A stretch of DNA of 64,000 nt from Candidatus Latescibacterota bacterium (GTDB lineage: Bacteria > Latescibacterota > UBA2968). The notes beneath the pieces were generated by a model. That model worked only from the letters and a program-made list of their open reading frames with translations, was not told the DNA's origin and ran no database searches. Position numbers and translations under genes: made by a program. This document shows, piece by piece, positions 1 to 8,413 of this stretch. The stretch is from contig OZ242195.1 of NCBI GenBank assembly GCA_965205975.1, positions 4,448,001 through 4,512,000 on the forward strand, read 5' to 3'. Position 1 is the first letter of the stretch; every line of letters begins with the position of its first letter.

Positions 1-1376
1 ACAAAGCCGCAGAAGAGGAAGGAGATGATGGCGTAGATGTCGCGTACGCCGAGGGCGATGGCGACAAAGCCGCAGATTAGCCCCAGGATGCTCGATCCCG
101 TGAAGTGTTTTCTCAGGCTTTTACCCGAGGTGCGCCGCCAGGCGAGCAGCGGACCTATGCCCGTGAGTACGAGCAGGAGCAGGCCAATGGGTACCATGAC
201 GGTGTTGAAGTAGGGGGGACCTACGGTGATTTTGTCACCGGTAACGGCTTCGGAGATTACGGGAAACATGACGCCCCAGAAGACGGCGAATGTGGCGGTG
301 AGAAAGAGCAGGTTGTTGAGTAAAAATCCGCCTTCGCGCGAGATGGGGGATTCGTATTGGGTTCTGGTTTTGAGAAGGTCCAGGCGCGAGACGAGGAGGA
401 GGCTTGAGAAGATGACGATCAGGACGACGAGGACGCCAAACCAGGGTCCAATGGGAGACTGGGCAAACGCGTGTACGGAGGATACGACGCCACTTCGGGT
501 TAGGAAGGTGCCGTAGATGCACAGGGTGTAGGTGGCGATGATGAGGACCATGTTCCAGATTTTGAGCATGCCTTTTTTTTCTTGTATCATGACGGAGTGC
601 AAAAAGGCCGTGCCGGTCAGCCAGGGCAAGAGGGCGGCGTTTTCGACCGGGTCCCAGCCCCAGTATCCGCCCCAGCCGAGTACGACATAAGCCCATTTGC
701 CGCCGAGGAGCTGGCCCGTGCCCAGGAAGAACCAGGCGAGGAGGGTCCAGCGGCGGGTGGTGCGAATCCATTCTTCGTCGATTCGTCTGGATAAGAGGGC
801 GGCCATTGCAAAGGCAAAGGGTACGGTAAAGCCGACATAGCCGTGATAGAGCATGGGGGGGTGGATGGCCATGACGGGATGGACGAGCAAGGGATTCATG
901 CCGGTTCCATCGGGCAGGGCGCGCGGCATGGTGACAAATGGATTTTCGTGGATGCATATCAACGCGAGGAAGAAGGTCAGCGTGAAGGACATGATGGCTG
1001 TGGCATAAGAGGCGAGGGGTCCGCGAAAGGCGCGGGTTTTGATGACGGCAAAAAATATGAATCCGGATAGGATCAATGCCCAGAGCAGGAGCGATCCCTG
1101 CATGCCGGACCAGACGGCTGTGAATTTGTAACCGGTGGGCAGGTCGCGGCTGGAGTGGGTGGCGATGTAATGGACATCGAAGCGGTCTGTGAGGAAGAGC
1201 ACTTCGAGAATGGCCATGGCTGAGAGACAGAGTACAAAACCCGTGAGGACCGCGCGTTCCGTGCTCAGTATAAGGCCCATTCGCCGGGTTTTGGCAGCCA
1301 AAATTGCGGCGATGACCGCATAAGCCGAGGTGAATAGGGCGAGGTAGAGAAGAAAATTGCCGAGTTGTGGGAGCAT
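1..1376 (-). CDS. ccmF: Cytochrome c biogenesis heme lyase CcmF (5' part; runs off the window start)
   Basis: Absent from the ORF track. Manual translation from ATG at 1376 gives MLPQLGNFLLYLALF...AVWSGMQGSLLLW...YVVLGWGGYWGWDPVENAALLPWL, the CcmF tryptophan-rich (WWD) motif. Confidence 0.95.
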   Translation of the reverse strand, partial: MLPQLGNFLLYLALFTSAYAVIAAILAAKTRRMGLILSTERAVLTGFVLCLSAMAILEVLFLTDRFDVHYIATHSSRDLPTGYKFTAVWSGMQGSLLLWALILSGFIFFAVIKTRAFRGPLASYATAIMSFTLTFFLALICIHENPFVTMPRALPDGTGMNPLLVHPVMAIHPPMLYHGYVGFTVPFAFAMAALLSRRIDEEWIRTTRRWTLLAWFFLGTGQLLGGKWAYVVLGWGGYWGWDPVENAALLPWLTGTAFLHSVMIQEKKGMLKIWNMVLIIATYTLCIYGTFLTRSGVVSSVHAFAQSPIGPWFGVLVVLIVIFSSLLLVSRLDLLKTRTQYESPISREGGFLLNNLLFLTATFAVFWGVMFPVISEAVTGDKITVGPPYFNTVMVPIGLLLLVLTGIGPLLAWRRTSGKSLRKHFTGSSILGLICGFVAIALGVRDIYAIISFLFCGF

Positions 1377-1392
1377 GTGTTCGGGCCTTGTG

Positions 1393-1887
1393 TTATCGGG
1401 ACAGGACTTCCTCTGCGGTCAATGACAGCAAACTCTTCAACGTGTCTGTTGTTAGCTTTGAACTCAACATTTTTTGCAACTGATCGCGAAATTCCTGTTC
1501 GCTGTTGCATTCAGATAGTTCATCATCTTTGTCGCCAAGATCATAAGACAGGACAAGTGGATAGTAGTCTCGCAGTGGATAGGGATAGATCACCGTAACT
1601 ATATCCAGATGATAGTCTTTTAGTGACGGAACTGTGATGGCAAGGGTTGAGCAGAGTTTTTGTTCCAATTCACCTCTTGTAGCAGTCGAGCGGAGTTTTT
1701 GTTCCAGCCCACTTGCATCATCATAGCGGCGGTCGAGTGTTTCTCCCAGTCCCTTTGTAGCAACCGATGCTCTGATCCGTGGCGCGGTTCTTTCGTTGAG
1801 AGCACTTGCCTGCTCCTGCAGTATCTGGACAGGTGTCATCTGCTCAGTAGTAAGTTGGAGGTCGCCCCAGTAGTCTGGTGTTACCAT
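1393..1887 (-). CDS. Conserved hypothetical protein
   Basis: ORF 1393..1920; likely start is ATG at 1887 (MVTPDYW...TPVQILQEQASAL) after GAGGAG. No recognised domain. Confidence 0.65.
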   Translation of the reverse strand: MVTPDYWGDLQLTTEQMTPVQILQEQASALNERTAPRIRASVATKGLGETLDRRYDDASGLEQKLRSTATRGELEQKLCSTLAITVPSLKDYHLDIVTVIYPYPLRDYYPLVLSYDLGDKDDELSECNSEQEFRDQLQKMLSSKLTTDTLKSLLSLTAEEVLSR

Positions 1888-1909
1888 CTCAAAACACTCC
1901 TCAATGTTG

Positions 1910-2083
1910 CTACCGCTCAATAGGGATCAACAGCTTCTTAGGTCCCGGATTTAGCACTGGACGGTCAGATTCCCGTTCGCGCTTGCGGAGTGCTTGAACA
2001 ATGCGTCCAAGGTCATTCCCATGTTCAGCAGTATGTGCCCTACGGTGCTGACGAATTTCCTCAACAATAGGATCTTTAATCAT
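1910..2083 (-). CDS. Small putative antitoxin partner of the PIN toxin (DPIVEEIR-type)
   Basis: MIKDPIVEEIRQHRRAH..., 57 aa, overlapping the PIN gene stop; a typical partner of this PIN subfamily. Confidence 0.7.
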   Translation of the reverse strand: MIKDPIVEEIRQHRRAHTAEHGNDLGRIVQALRKRERESDRPVLNPGPKKLLIPIER

Positions 2084-2558
2084 CAGAAGTTCCTCCGAGT
2101 TCTTCGGGTGAACAGATTTGTGGACATACAAATCCTCGCGATTCTACAACCCTTGCAATAGCCGATTTCGTCTCGGCATTGTTAATATGGCGAAAATTCC
2201 AGGTCAGGAGGAAATCTGCGCCCTGAGCAGCAGCAATGGCGATGTGCAATGCATCGTCCGCACTCCCGCCAGGAATAGCACCTTCATCCAGCAACTGTCT
2301 TGCCAGTTCGGTCGCCTCGTCAGATATTCCCAAGCTCGCAATCTCGGCTACCCAACTCAGACGGCGTTTGGCCGCATCGTCGTCCCCACGGCCAATCTCT
2401 TCTTCAACCAGTGTAGAAATACGAAGATTAAACCGGTGTCTGTGGTTGCGCCACCAATCGTGCGAGATCGCTTGTCGAGCCGCCACGATTACGTCTCGAC
2501 TGGGCCGCGATGCTAAATAGCTGATTACAGATGATTCAATGTAGATCGAAGATTTCAA
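2076..2558 (-). CDS. PIN-domain (VapC-like) toxin
   Basis: IYIESSVISYL, EE, DALHIAIAA and LLTWNFRHI PIN motifs. Confidence 0.88.
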   Translation of the reverse strand: MKSSIYIESSVISYLASRPSRDVIVAARQAISHDWWRNHRHRFNLRISTLVEEEIGRGDDDAAKRRLSWVAEIASLGISDEATELARQLLDEGAIPGGSADDALHIAIAAAQGADFLLTWNFRHINNAETKSAIARVVESRGFVCPQICSPEELGGTSDD

Positions 2559-2625
2559 GGATCCTCAATCCTATGTGTTTTGTCGGTGTAGTCTGGGAAG
2601 CGATTTAGCTCCCAGCGCTCTTAGT

Positions 2626-3063
2626 CTATTCATACGACGCTTTGATTTCTTCGTAGCTCTGGCTTTCGTATTTGGAAGGGCATTTGGCGAGCATGTTGTC
2701 GGCTACGAAGATGCCGTTGGGTCCGATTTCGCCTTCGAGTACGACATCGGCTTCGTCTCGGAAGGTATCGGGGACGACGCCGCTGTAGCGGATGGTGCGT
2801 TTGTTGGAAGAGGGGTCCTGGTCGATGAGGTCAGAGATTTCAAATTCAACGGTGCGGTTGCCGTCTCGGTAGGTGATGGTGCCAGGGATGACTTTGCCAG
2901 CGAGTTTGAAGCGGGTGTTGGCAAATTCGGTTTCGCGCGCTTCCAGTTCGGAGACGGTGAGGTAATACAGCGACATTTTTTCAGAGCTGTACACGATCAT
3001 GGTGAGCAAGCTGGCGACGATGACGGCAAATCCGGCGATGAATTTTATTTTTTTGGTGGTCAT
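2626..3063 (-). CDS. ccmE: Cytochrome c maturation heme chaperone CcmE (CxxxY variant)
   Basis: N-terminal TM, YYLTVSE, YSGVVPDTFR, VVLEG and LAKCPSKY; upstream of ccmF. Confidence 0.93.
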   Translation of the reverse strand: MTTKKIKFIAGFAVIVASLLTMIVYSSEKMSLYYLTVSELEARETEFANTRFKLAGKVIPGTITYRDGNRTVEFEISDLIDQDPSSNKRTIRYSGVVPDTFRDEADVVLEGEIGPNGIFVADNMLAKCPSKYESQSYEEIKASYE

Positions 3064-3139
3064 TTCAATCTCCGCGCTTTTTGGCTACCAATGGGGGTCT
3101 CAGAAAATTAAAGATAGATAAGTCCCCCTAAATCCACAA

Positions 3140-4006
3140 CTATTTTAAGCCCAATTGTGCGCGGTAGGCGATGTCTTCAACTTTGTTTTTGTTCCAGTAG
3201 TCGATCATTGTAGCGTGCGTTTTGCGCGCTGTGGTCGTGGTCCAGCGACCCCGGCGTTGCGTGGATTCTTCCCAGCCGAGGATGGCGTGGGGATAGTTTT
3301 TTTCAAAGGTTATGGCGAGTTTGCGGCCGATAGAGGTGTAGGTGAGGGTGTAAACCGAGGTCTCGTCGTCTGCAGTGAGTTCCGCATTGGCGGTCTGGAC
3401 ATCGGGGAGGGTGTGTGTCAGGCGCTGGAATAGCATGCTGGGGATGATCTGGATTTCACCTGTGGGCAAGCGCTCGGGTGCCAGTCGGATGCGCGTCCAG
3501 ATTTCGTCTTCGAGGATGGCGCTGGGCAATGTGAGGTCGCGGTCGCCATCGCTTTGGAAATAAGATCGCAGTGTGGCTTTGTATTTGCCTTCGCGATGGT
3601 TTATTTGGGCAAAGGTATGTCCGCACCATTCCTGGGCTGTGGTGGTGACTTTGAGTGTGCGCATTTGGTCGGGTGCCACGGGTGTGAATACAGAGGTCAT
3701 GAGGGAGTAGGGATAAAGGCCCGTTGTAAATTGGCGCATGGCGTTGAGTTTGAGTACGGAGGTGCTCGGCCCGTCGCCGCGTTCGTGCTTTACGTGTTTG
3801 TCTGTGAGAAAGTTCTCGGTTACGAAGATGAGGACGGCGTCGCCATCATAAACATCGCGGTATTGCGCCTGTTTGAGTTCATAGCGGGTGATTTCCGCGA
3901 GTCCGGCGTACCATTGTTTTTTGAATGCGTCATCCCAGGGTTTTACTTCTGCATGGGTCGGGGCGATGAAGATGATGGTGAAAAATATGGTGATTAAGTG
4001 TCGCAT
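3140..4006 (-). CDS. Conserved secreted hypothetical protein
   Basis: Signal peptide; WYAGLAEITRYEL, VLKLN, GLYPYS and QEWCGH conserved-looking blocks; GGAG RBS. Confidence 0.7.
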   Translation of the reverse strand: MRHLITIFFTIIFIAPTHAEVKPWDDAFKKQWYAGLAEITRYELKQAQYRDVYDGDAVLIFVTENFLTDKHVKHERGDGPSTSVLKLNAMRQFTTGLYPYSLMTSVFTPVAPDQMRTLKVTTTAQEWCGHTFAQINHREGKYKATLRSYFQSDGDRDLTLPSAILEDEIWTRIRLAPERLPTGEIQIIPSMLFQRLTHTLPDVQTANAELTADDETSVYTLTYTSIGRKLAITFEKNYPHAILGWEESTQRRGRWTTTTARKTHATMIDYWNKNKVEDIAYRAQLGLK

Positions 4007-4105
4007 GGCGTGCTCCTGTTGAGGGAAACGGGTGGCGCTACGTGGTGTAAGTTGTATATTGGTACAGATGTTAAGCAGGCATGAATATAACTACGGAGCC
4101 ATAAT

Positions 4106-5602
4106 ATGCGACCGAATTTTTTGATTTTTTGCGTGGATCAGATGCAGGCTTATTGCATGGGTTGCAGTGGACATCCGGATGTACAGACGCCCAATCTGGA
4201 TCGTCTGGCACAGGATGGGGTTTTGTTTCGCCGCAATTATTGCTCGCATCCGGTGTGTCAGCCGTCGCGGGCTTCTTTGATTACCGGATTGACGCCTTCT
4301 CAACACGGGTTGATACAAAATGGCATGAGTTTGTCCGAAGAGATGCCGACTGTGACCGGGGCGTTGTCCGAGGCGGGGTATCGCACGCATGCGGCGGGTA
4401 AGTTGCATTTGCAGCCTTTTTCGGGCGGTGATTCCTGGGAGAACCGATATCGGTGGTACAGCGGTGAGGTGACCCATTTGCCCGAGGGGTATTACGGTTT
4501 TGGCGAGACGGATTATGTGGGTGGGCATGTGAATTACGTTTGTGGGGATTATCGAAATTGGTTGGAAAAAGAATATCCGGATGTCGCGCAAAAGGATCAT
4601 CCGGAAGACGGTCCTTCAACATGTGTTCCTTATGCTCAGTTTTCGGCGTATCAGAATTTTGGCTACCAGACCTGGAAGATTGATCAAATTCCGGCTGAGT
4701 TGCATTACAATCACTGGATTGCAGATCGCACGATGGCTTTTATAGATGGTTTGGACGCGGGTGAAAATTTTTTTGCGTGGTGTTCTTTTCCGGATCCGCA
4801 CCATCCTTTTGTGGCTTGCAAGCCGTATAGTGAAATGTATGATCCCGGGGCTTTAACCCTGCCGGAGACGTTTGTTGTTGACGAAGATCCAGATCCTGAT
4901 AGTTTGCTGCGGAGGGTTGGTCCCGCCTGGTTTAATGGCGATGAGGCGGATTTGCGGCAGGTGATGGCGCAGACTTATGGTATGATTTCGCATATTGATG
5001 ATAATGTGGGGCGCGCGATTGATTTTTTGCAGGCGAAGGGGTTGTACGATCATACGGTTGTTGCTTTTATTGCAGATCACGGCGAGTATCTGGGGGCACA
5101 CCATTTATGGCACAAGACGCCCTATCAGTGGGAGGAGTTGCTGCGCGTGCCGTATATTTGGCGGGTGCCTGGGGGACAGACGGGTGTTTGCGATGATGTG
5201 GTGAGTAATTTAGATTTTGTGCCTACTGTGCTGGATTATGCGGGGATAGATCAAGTTTCTATGCGATTTCGGCGCGAGGATTGGGCTGTTGAGGGTTTTG
5301 AGTTGCCCGGGCGTTCGTTGAGAGGTTCTATTAATGATGGCGCGGATATGTCCGACCGCGCGGCTTTGGTGGAGATGGGGTCCATGCGGACGTTGATTAC
5401 AGAGCGCTATAAAATTGTGGTGGATGCTTCGGGTATCGGGCATAATGTGCTGGTGGATCTGGAGAATGATCCACGCGAGAAAGTAAATTTGTGGGATCGT
5501 TCGGAGGCGCGGGATGTGAAGGCGGATCTTTTGACGCGTTTGATGCGGGAGTGTATTCGCTGTACGCGTGTGGATAATCCCAAAATTACACCTGGTGCAT
5601 GA
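4106..5602 (+). CDS. Formylglycine-dependent sulfatase
   Basis: RPNFLIFCVDQ, CQPSRASLITG (CxPxR), GKLHL, PDPHHP and ADHG. Confidence 0.93.
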   Translation: MRPNFLIFCVDQMQAYCMGCSGHPDVQTPNLDRLAQDGVLFRRNYCSHPVCQPSRASLITGLTPSQHGLIQNGMSLSEEMPTVTGALSEAGYRTHAAGKLHLQPFSGGDSWENRYRWYSGEVTHLPEGYYGFGETDYVGGHVNYVCGDYRNWLEKEYPDVAQKDHPEDGPSTCVPYAQFSAYQNFGYQTWKIDQIPAELHYNHWIADRTMAFIDGLDAGENFFAWCSFPDPHHPFVACKPYSEMYDPGALTLPETFVVDEDPDPDSLLRRVGPAWFNGDEADLRQVMAQTYGMISHIDDNVGRAIDFLQAKGLYDHTVVAFIADHGEYLGAHHLWHKTPYQWEELLRVPYIWRVPGGQTGVCDDVVSNLDFVPTVLDYAGIDQVSMRFRREDWAVEGFELPGRSLRGSINDGADMSDRAALVEMGSMRTLITERYKIVVDASGIGHNVLVDLENDPREKVNLWDRSEARDVKADLLTRLMRECIRCTRVDNPKITPGA

Positions 5603-5633
5603 TATCGGGTATTTTTCAAATAGAGGAGATGCT

Positions 5634-7040
5634 ATGGCTAACAAACCAAATGTTATTGTCTTTTTTACGGATCAACAGCGCTGGGATTGTATGGCAGCGC
5701 ATGGTAATCCATTGGGTATTACGCCCAATCTGGATCGCGCGGCGCAGCACGGAACACATGTGTACAATAGTTTTACGTGTCAGCCTGTGTGCGGTCCGGC
5801 GCGTTCGTGTTTGCAGACGGGGATGTACGCGAGTGAGACGGGTGTGTATCGCAATGGGGTTGCGCTGAATCCGGATCACAAGACGCTTGCGCATTGTTTT
5901 AATGATGCGGGTTATCACACGGGATATATTGGGAAGTGGCATCTGGCGACGAGTGGACGCGGTTCTGTGCCCGTAGAAGCGCGTGGCGGGTACCAGTACT
6001 GGCTCGCGGCAAATGCGCTGGAGGGGACGTCTGATACGTATGATTGCGTTGTTTATGACAATGATAATCAGGAGGTGAAGTTGCCCGGTTATCGGGTCGA
6101 TGCGCTGACGGATGCGGCGATTCGGTATGTGGATGAACATCAGAGCGATCCCTTTTATCTGTTTATTTCTTTTTTGGAACCGCATCACCAGAATCATCTG
6201 GACGATTATCCGCCGCCGGATGGGTATCGCGAGATGTATGCGGGACGATGGACACCGCCCGATCTGGCGGGATTGCCCACGCATCCGTCTGCTGAAGGTG
6301 AGTATCCCGGCGCGGTTCCCACGGGGGGGAGTACGCAGCAGCATTTGGGTGGGTACTGGGGTATGATCAAGCGTTTGGATGAGGCTTATGGGCGTTTGCT
6401 CGATTCCCTGAAGAGTTTGGGGCTGTTAGAGGATACGATTGTGCTGTTCACTTCTGATCACGCCTGCCATTTTCGCACCCGCAATAAGGAATACAAGCGT
6501 TCGTGTCACGAGAGTTCTATCCGCACGCCAACGGTGTTGACGGGTGGCCCGTTTACAGGAGGGGGCACGTTGGGCGAGTTGGTGAGTCTGGTAGATTTGC
6601 CGCCGACGCTGTTGGATGGTGCCGGGTTGGAGATTCCCGATCAGATGTCGGGGCGTTCCGTGCTTCCCATTTTGGGCGGTGGTGGGAAATCACTTGCAGA
6701 TCCCTGGCCGGATGATGTGTTCGTGCAGATTTCAGAGAGTGGTATTGGTCGCGCTGTTCGCACAAAGCGATGGAAGTACGCGGTCCAAAGCGATGCGGTG
6801 CCGCCCGGTGCAGAGGGTGCGAAAAGTTATGAGGAGGCGTATCTCTACGATCTGGAGGCAGATCCGTACGAGTTGCGCAATTTGATTGGCTATGAAAGCC
6901 ACCGTCCGGTTGCAGATCGAATGAAGGCGCGGTTGTTGGGCTATATTCGGGATGTTGAGGGGTATGTTCCCGAGATTGTGGATGCGAAAGAACGACAAGG
7001 CGGTCAACGGCGGGTGTCCGATGTAGAGGTTGAGAGTTAA
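5634..7040 (+). CDS. Formylglycine-dependent sulfatase
   Basis: KPNVIVFFTDQQR, CGPARSCLQTG, GKWHL, EPHH and SDH; start at ATG 5634 after GAGGAG. Confidence 0.93.
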   Translation: MANKPNVIVFFTDQQRWDCMAAHGNPLGITPNLDRAAQHGTHVYNSFTCQPVCGPARSCLQTGMYASETGVYRNGVALNPDHKTLAHCFNDAGYHTGYIGKWHLATSGRGSVPVEARGGYQYWLAANALEGTSDTYDCVVYDNDNQEVKLPGYRVDALTDAAIRYVDEHQSDPFYLFISFLEPHHQNHLDDYPPPDGYREMYAGRWTPPDLAGLPTHPSAEGEYPGAVPTGGSTQQHLGGYWGMIKRLDEAYGRLLDSLKSLGLLEDTIVLFTSDHACHFRTRNKEYKRSCHESSIRTPTVLTGGPFTGGGTLGELVSLVDLPPTLLDGAGLEIPDQMSGRSVLPILGGGGKSLADPWPDDVFVQISESGIGRAVRTKRWKYAVQSDAVPPGAEGAKSYEEAYLYDLEADPYELRNLIGYESHRPVADRMKARLLGYIRDVEGYVPEIVDAKERQGGQRRVSDVEVES

Positions 7041-7129
7041 AAATTAAGGAACGGTATAACTGCCTTAGCAGTTTATTGGGATGTGAGGGGCTATCAGCAG
7101 TCAGCGGTCAGGAACAGGCGTTGTAGAGC

Positions 7130-7162
7130 CGTCATTGCGGCAGGGTTTTAGCCGCAATCCAG
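7130..7162 (+). repeat. CGTC-type palindromic REP-like element, copy 1, nested in an inverted heptamer-repeat element (7090-7192)
   Basis: CGTCATTGCGGC-N8-GCCGCAATCCAG; related copies at 11527 and 17285. Confidence 0.75.
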
Positions 7163-7213
7163 TGGGTGGGTGGGGACTGATAGCTGACCGCTATACACAG
7201 GAGGCGATGAGAG

Positions 7214-8233
7214 ATGTACATTCAAGATCAGGTTCATTACGATAACTTAGACGATAATATTTTGAGTTTTTACAGGGCGATTAGCGTGGATTCGATTCAC
7301 CTCGAGTTGCGGGGCGGTAGGCCGTCTGCAAAATCGGCGAAGCGCAGTGGCACGGGTGTGGCGAATACGGCGCTGGCGCAACGGATTCACGCAGGAGAGG
7401 ATTGTACGGAGGAATTTGAGAGGGCGCGGGAGTTGGTGGAATCCCATGGCATGAGGTTGAATAATATTTTTATGCCGTGCTGGGAGGAGATTGCGCTGGC
7501 AATGGAGGATCGGGATGAGAAGATCGGATTCTGGTGTCAGATGCTGGAGTCGCTGGGGAGGGCGGGGATTCCGTGTTTGGGCTGGAATTTCAAGCCGATG
7601 GGGAATTTTCGGACGCCTTCGGATACGGGTCGCGGTGGAGTGAGATATAGTACGTTTGATTATGACTATTTTAGTCAGAATCGTCCAGAGCAATTCGATC
7701 CGCCTGTTTCCGAGGAGACGATGTGGGCAAATATGGAGGCTTTTTTGCAGGCGGTGATTCCCGTTTCAGAAAAGGCGGGGGTGCGTATGGCGCTGCATCC
7801 GGATGATCCGCCGATTCCAGAGCCTTTGGGTGGTATTGCACAGATTTGTTCGTCGCTGGATCAGTTCAGGCGCACGCTTTTTGAGATTGCGCCGGGTGAG
7901 CACAATGGGATGTTATTTTGCCAGGGGTGTATGACGGAGTTGCTGGGTGAGGGTGTTTATGATGCAATTGCCGAGATGGCTTCGAATAATAAGATTGTTT
8001 GGGTGCATTTCCGAAATGTGAAGGGGCAACTGCCGCGGTTTGTCGAAGTTTTTATGGATGAGGGCGATATCGATATGAAGCGCGCGATGGCGGTTTATCG
8101 AGATAATGGGTTCAATGGTCCCTATATGATGGACCATACGCCGAGGTTTGCCCTCCCCACATATACGCAATTGCACGGGAAGGCGTATGCGATTGGGTAT
8201 ATCCGCGCGTTGATCGATGATGTTTATGGGTGA
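7214..8233 (+). CDS. uxuA: Mannonate dehydratase (UxuA family)
   Basis: WNFKP, MALHPDDPP, FCQG, VHFRNV, DEGDIDM, DHTP and AYAIGYIRAL. Confidence 0.85.
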   Translation: MYIQDQVHYDNLDDNILSFYRAISVDSIHLELRGGRPSAKSAKRSGTGVANTALAQRIHAGEDCTEEFERARELVESHGMRLNNIFMPCWEEIALAMEDRDEKIGFWCQMLESLGRAGIPCLGWNFKPMGNFRTPSDTGRGGVRYSTFDYDYFSQNRPEQFDPPVSEETMWANMEAFLQAVIPVSEKAGVRMALHPDDPPIPEPLGGIAQICSSLDQFRRTLFEIAPGEHNGMLFCQGCMTELLGEGVYDAIAEMASNNKIVWVHFRNVKGQLPRFVEVFMDEGDIDMKRAMAVYRDNGFNGPYMMDHTPRFALPTYTQLHGKAYAIGYIRALIDDVYG

Positions 8234-8237
8234 CTGC

Positions 8238-8314
8238 GGGCGGGCACGGGGGCACCGCCCCTACAACAGATGAAATAAAAATATCATCGTAGGGGACGGC
8301 CCCTGTGCCGTCCC
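8238..8314. repeat. Inverted pair of GTAG-type REP elements
   Basis: 8238-8264 is the exact reverse complement of GTAGGGGCGGTGCCCCCGTGCCCGCCC; 8289-8314 is the variant GTAGGGGACGGCCCCTGTGCCGTCCC. Confidence 0.8.
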
Positions 8315-8413
8315 GCCTTTACATATGTCTGTGGGTGACGCAAATTTTGGAATTGACGATGTGAAATGGCGTAATTATCCTGTGCGTGCGAATTTTTGAT
8401 CAAAGGATGGTCT

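Noticed and set aside
235..957. 240-aa minus-strand ORF in the track
   Set aside because: Wrong-frame shadow of ccmF; the true frame carries the WGGYWGWDPVEN motif.
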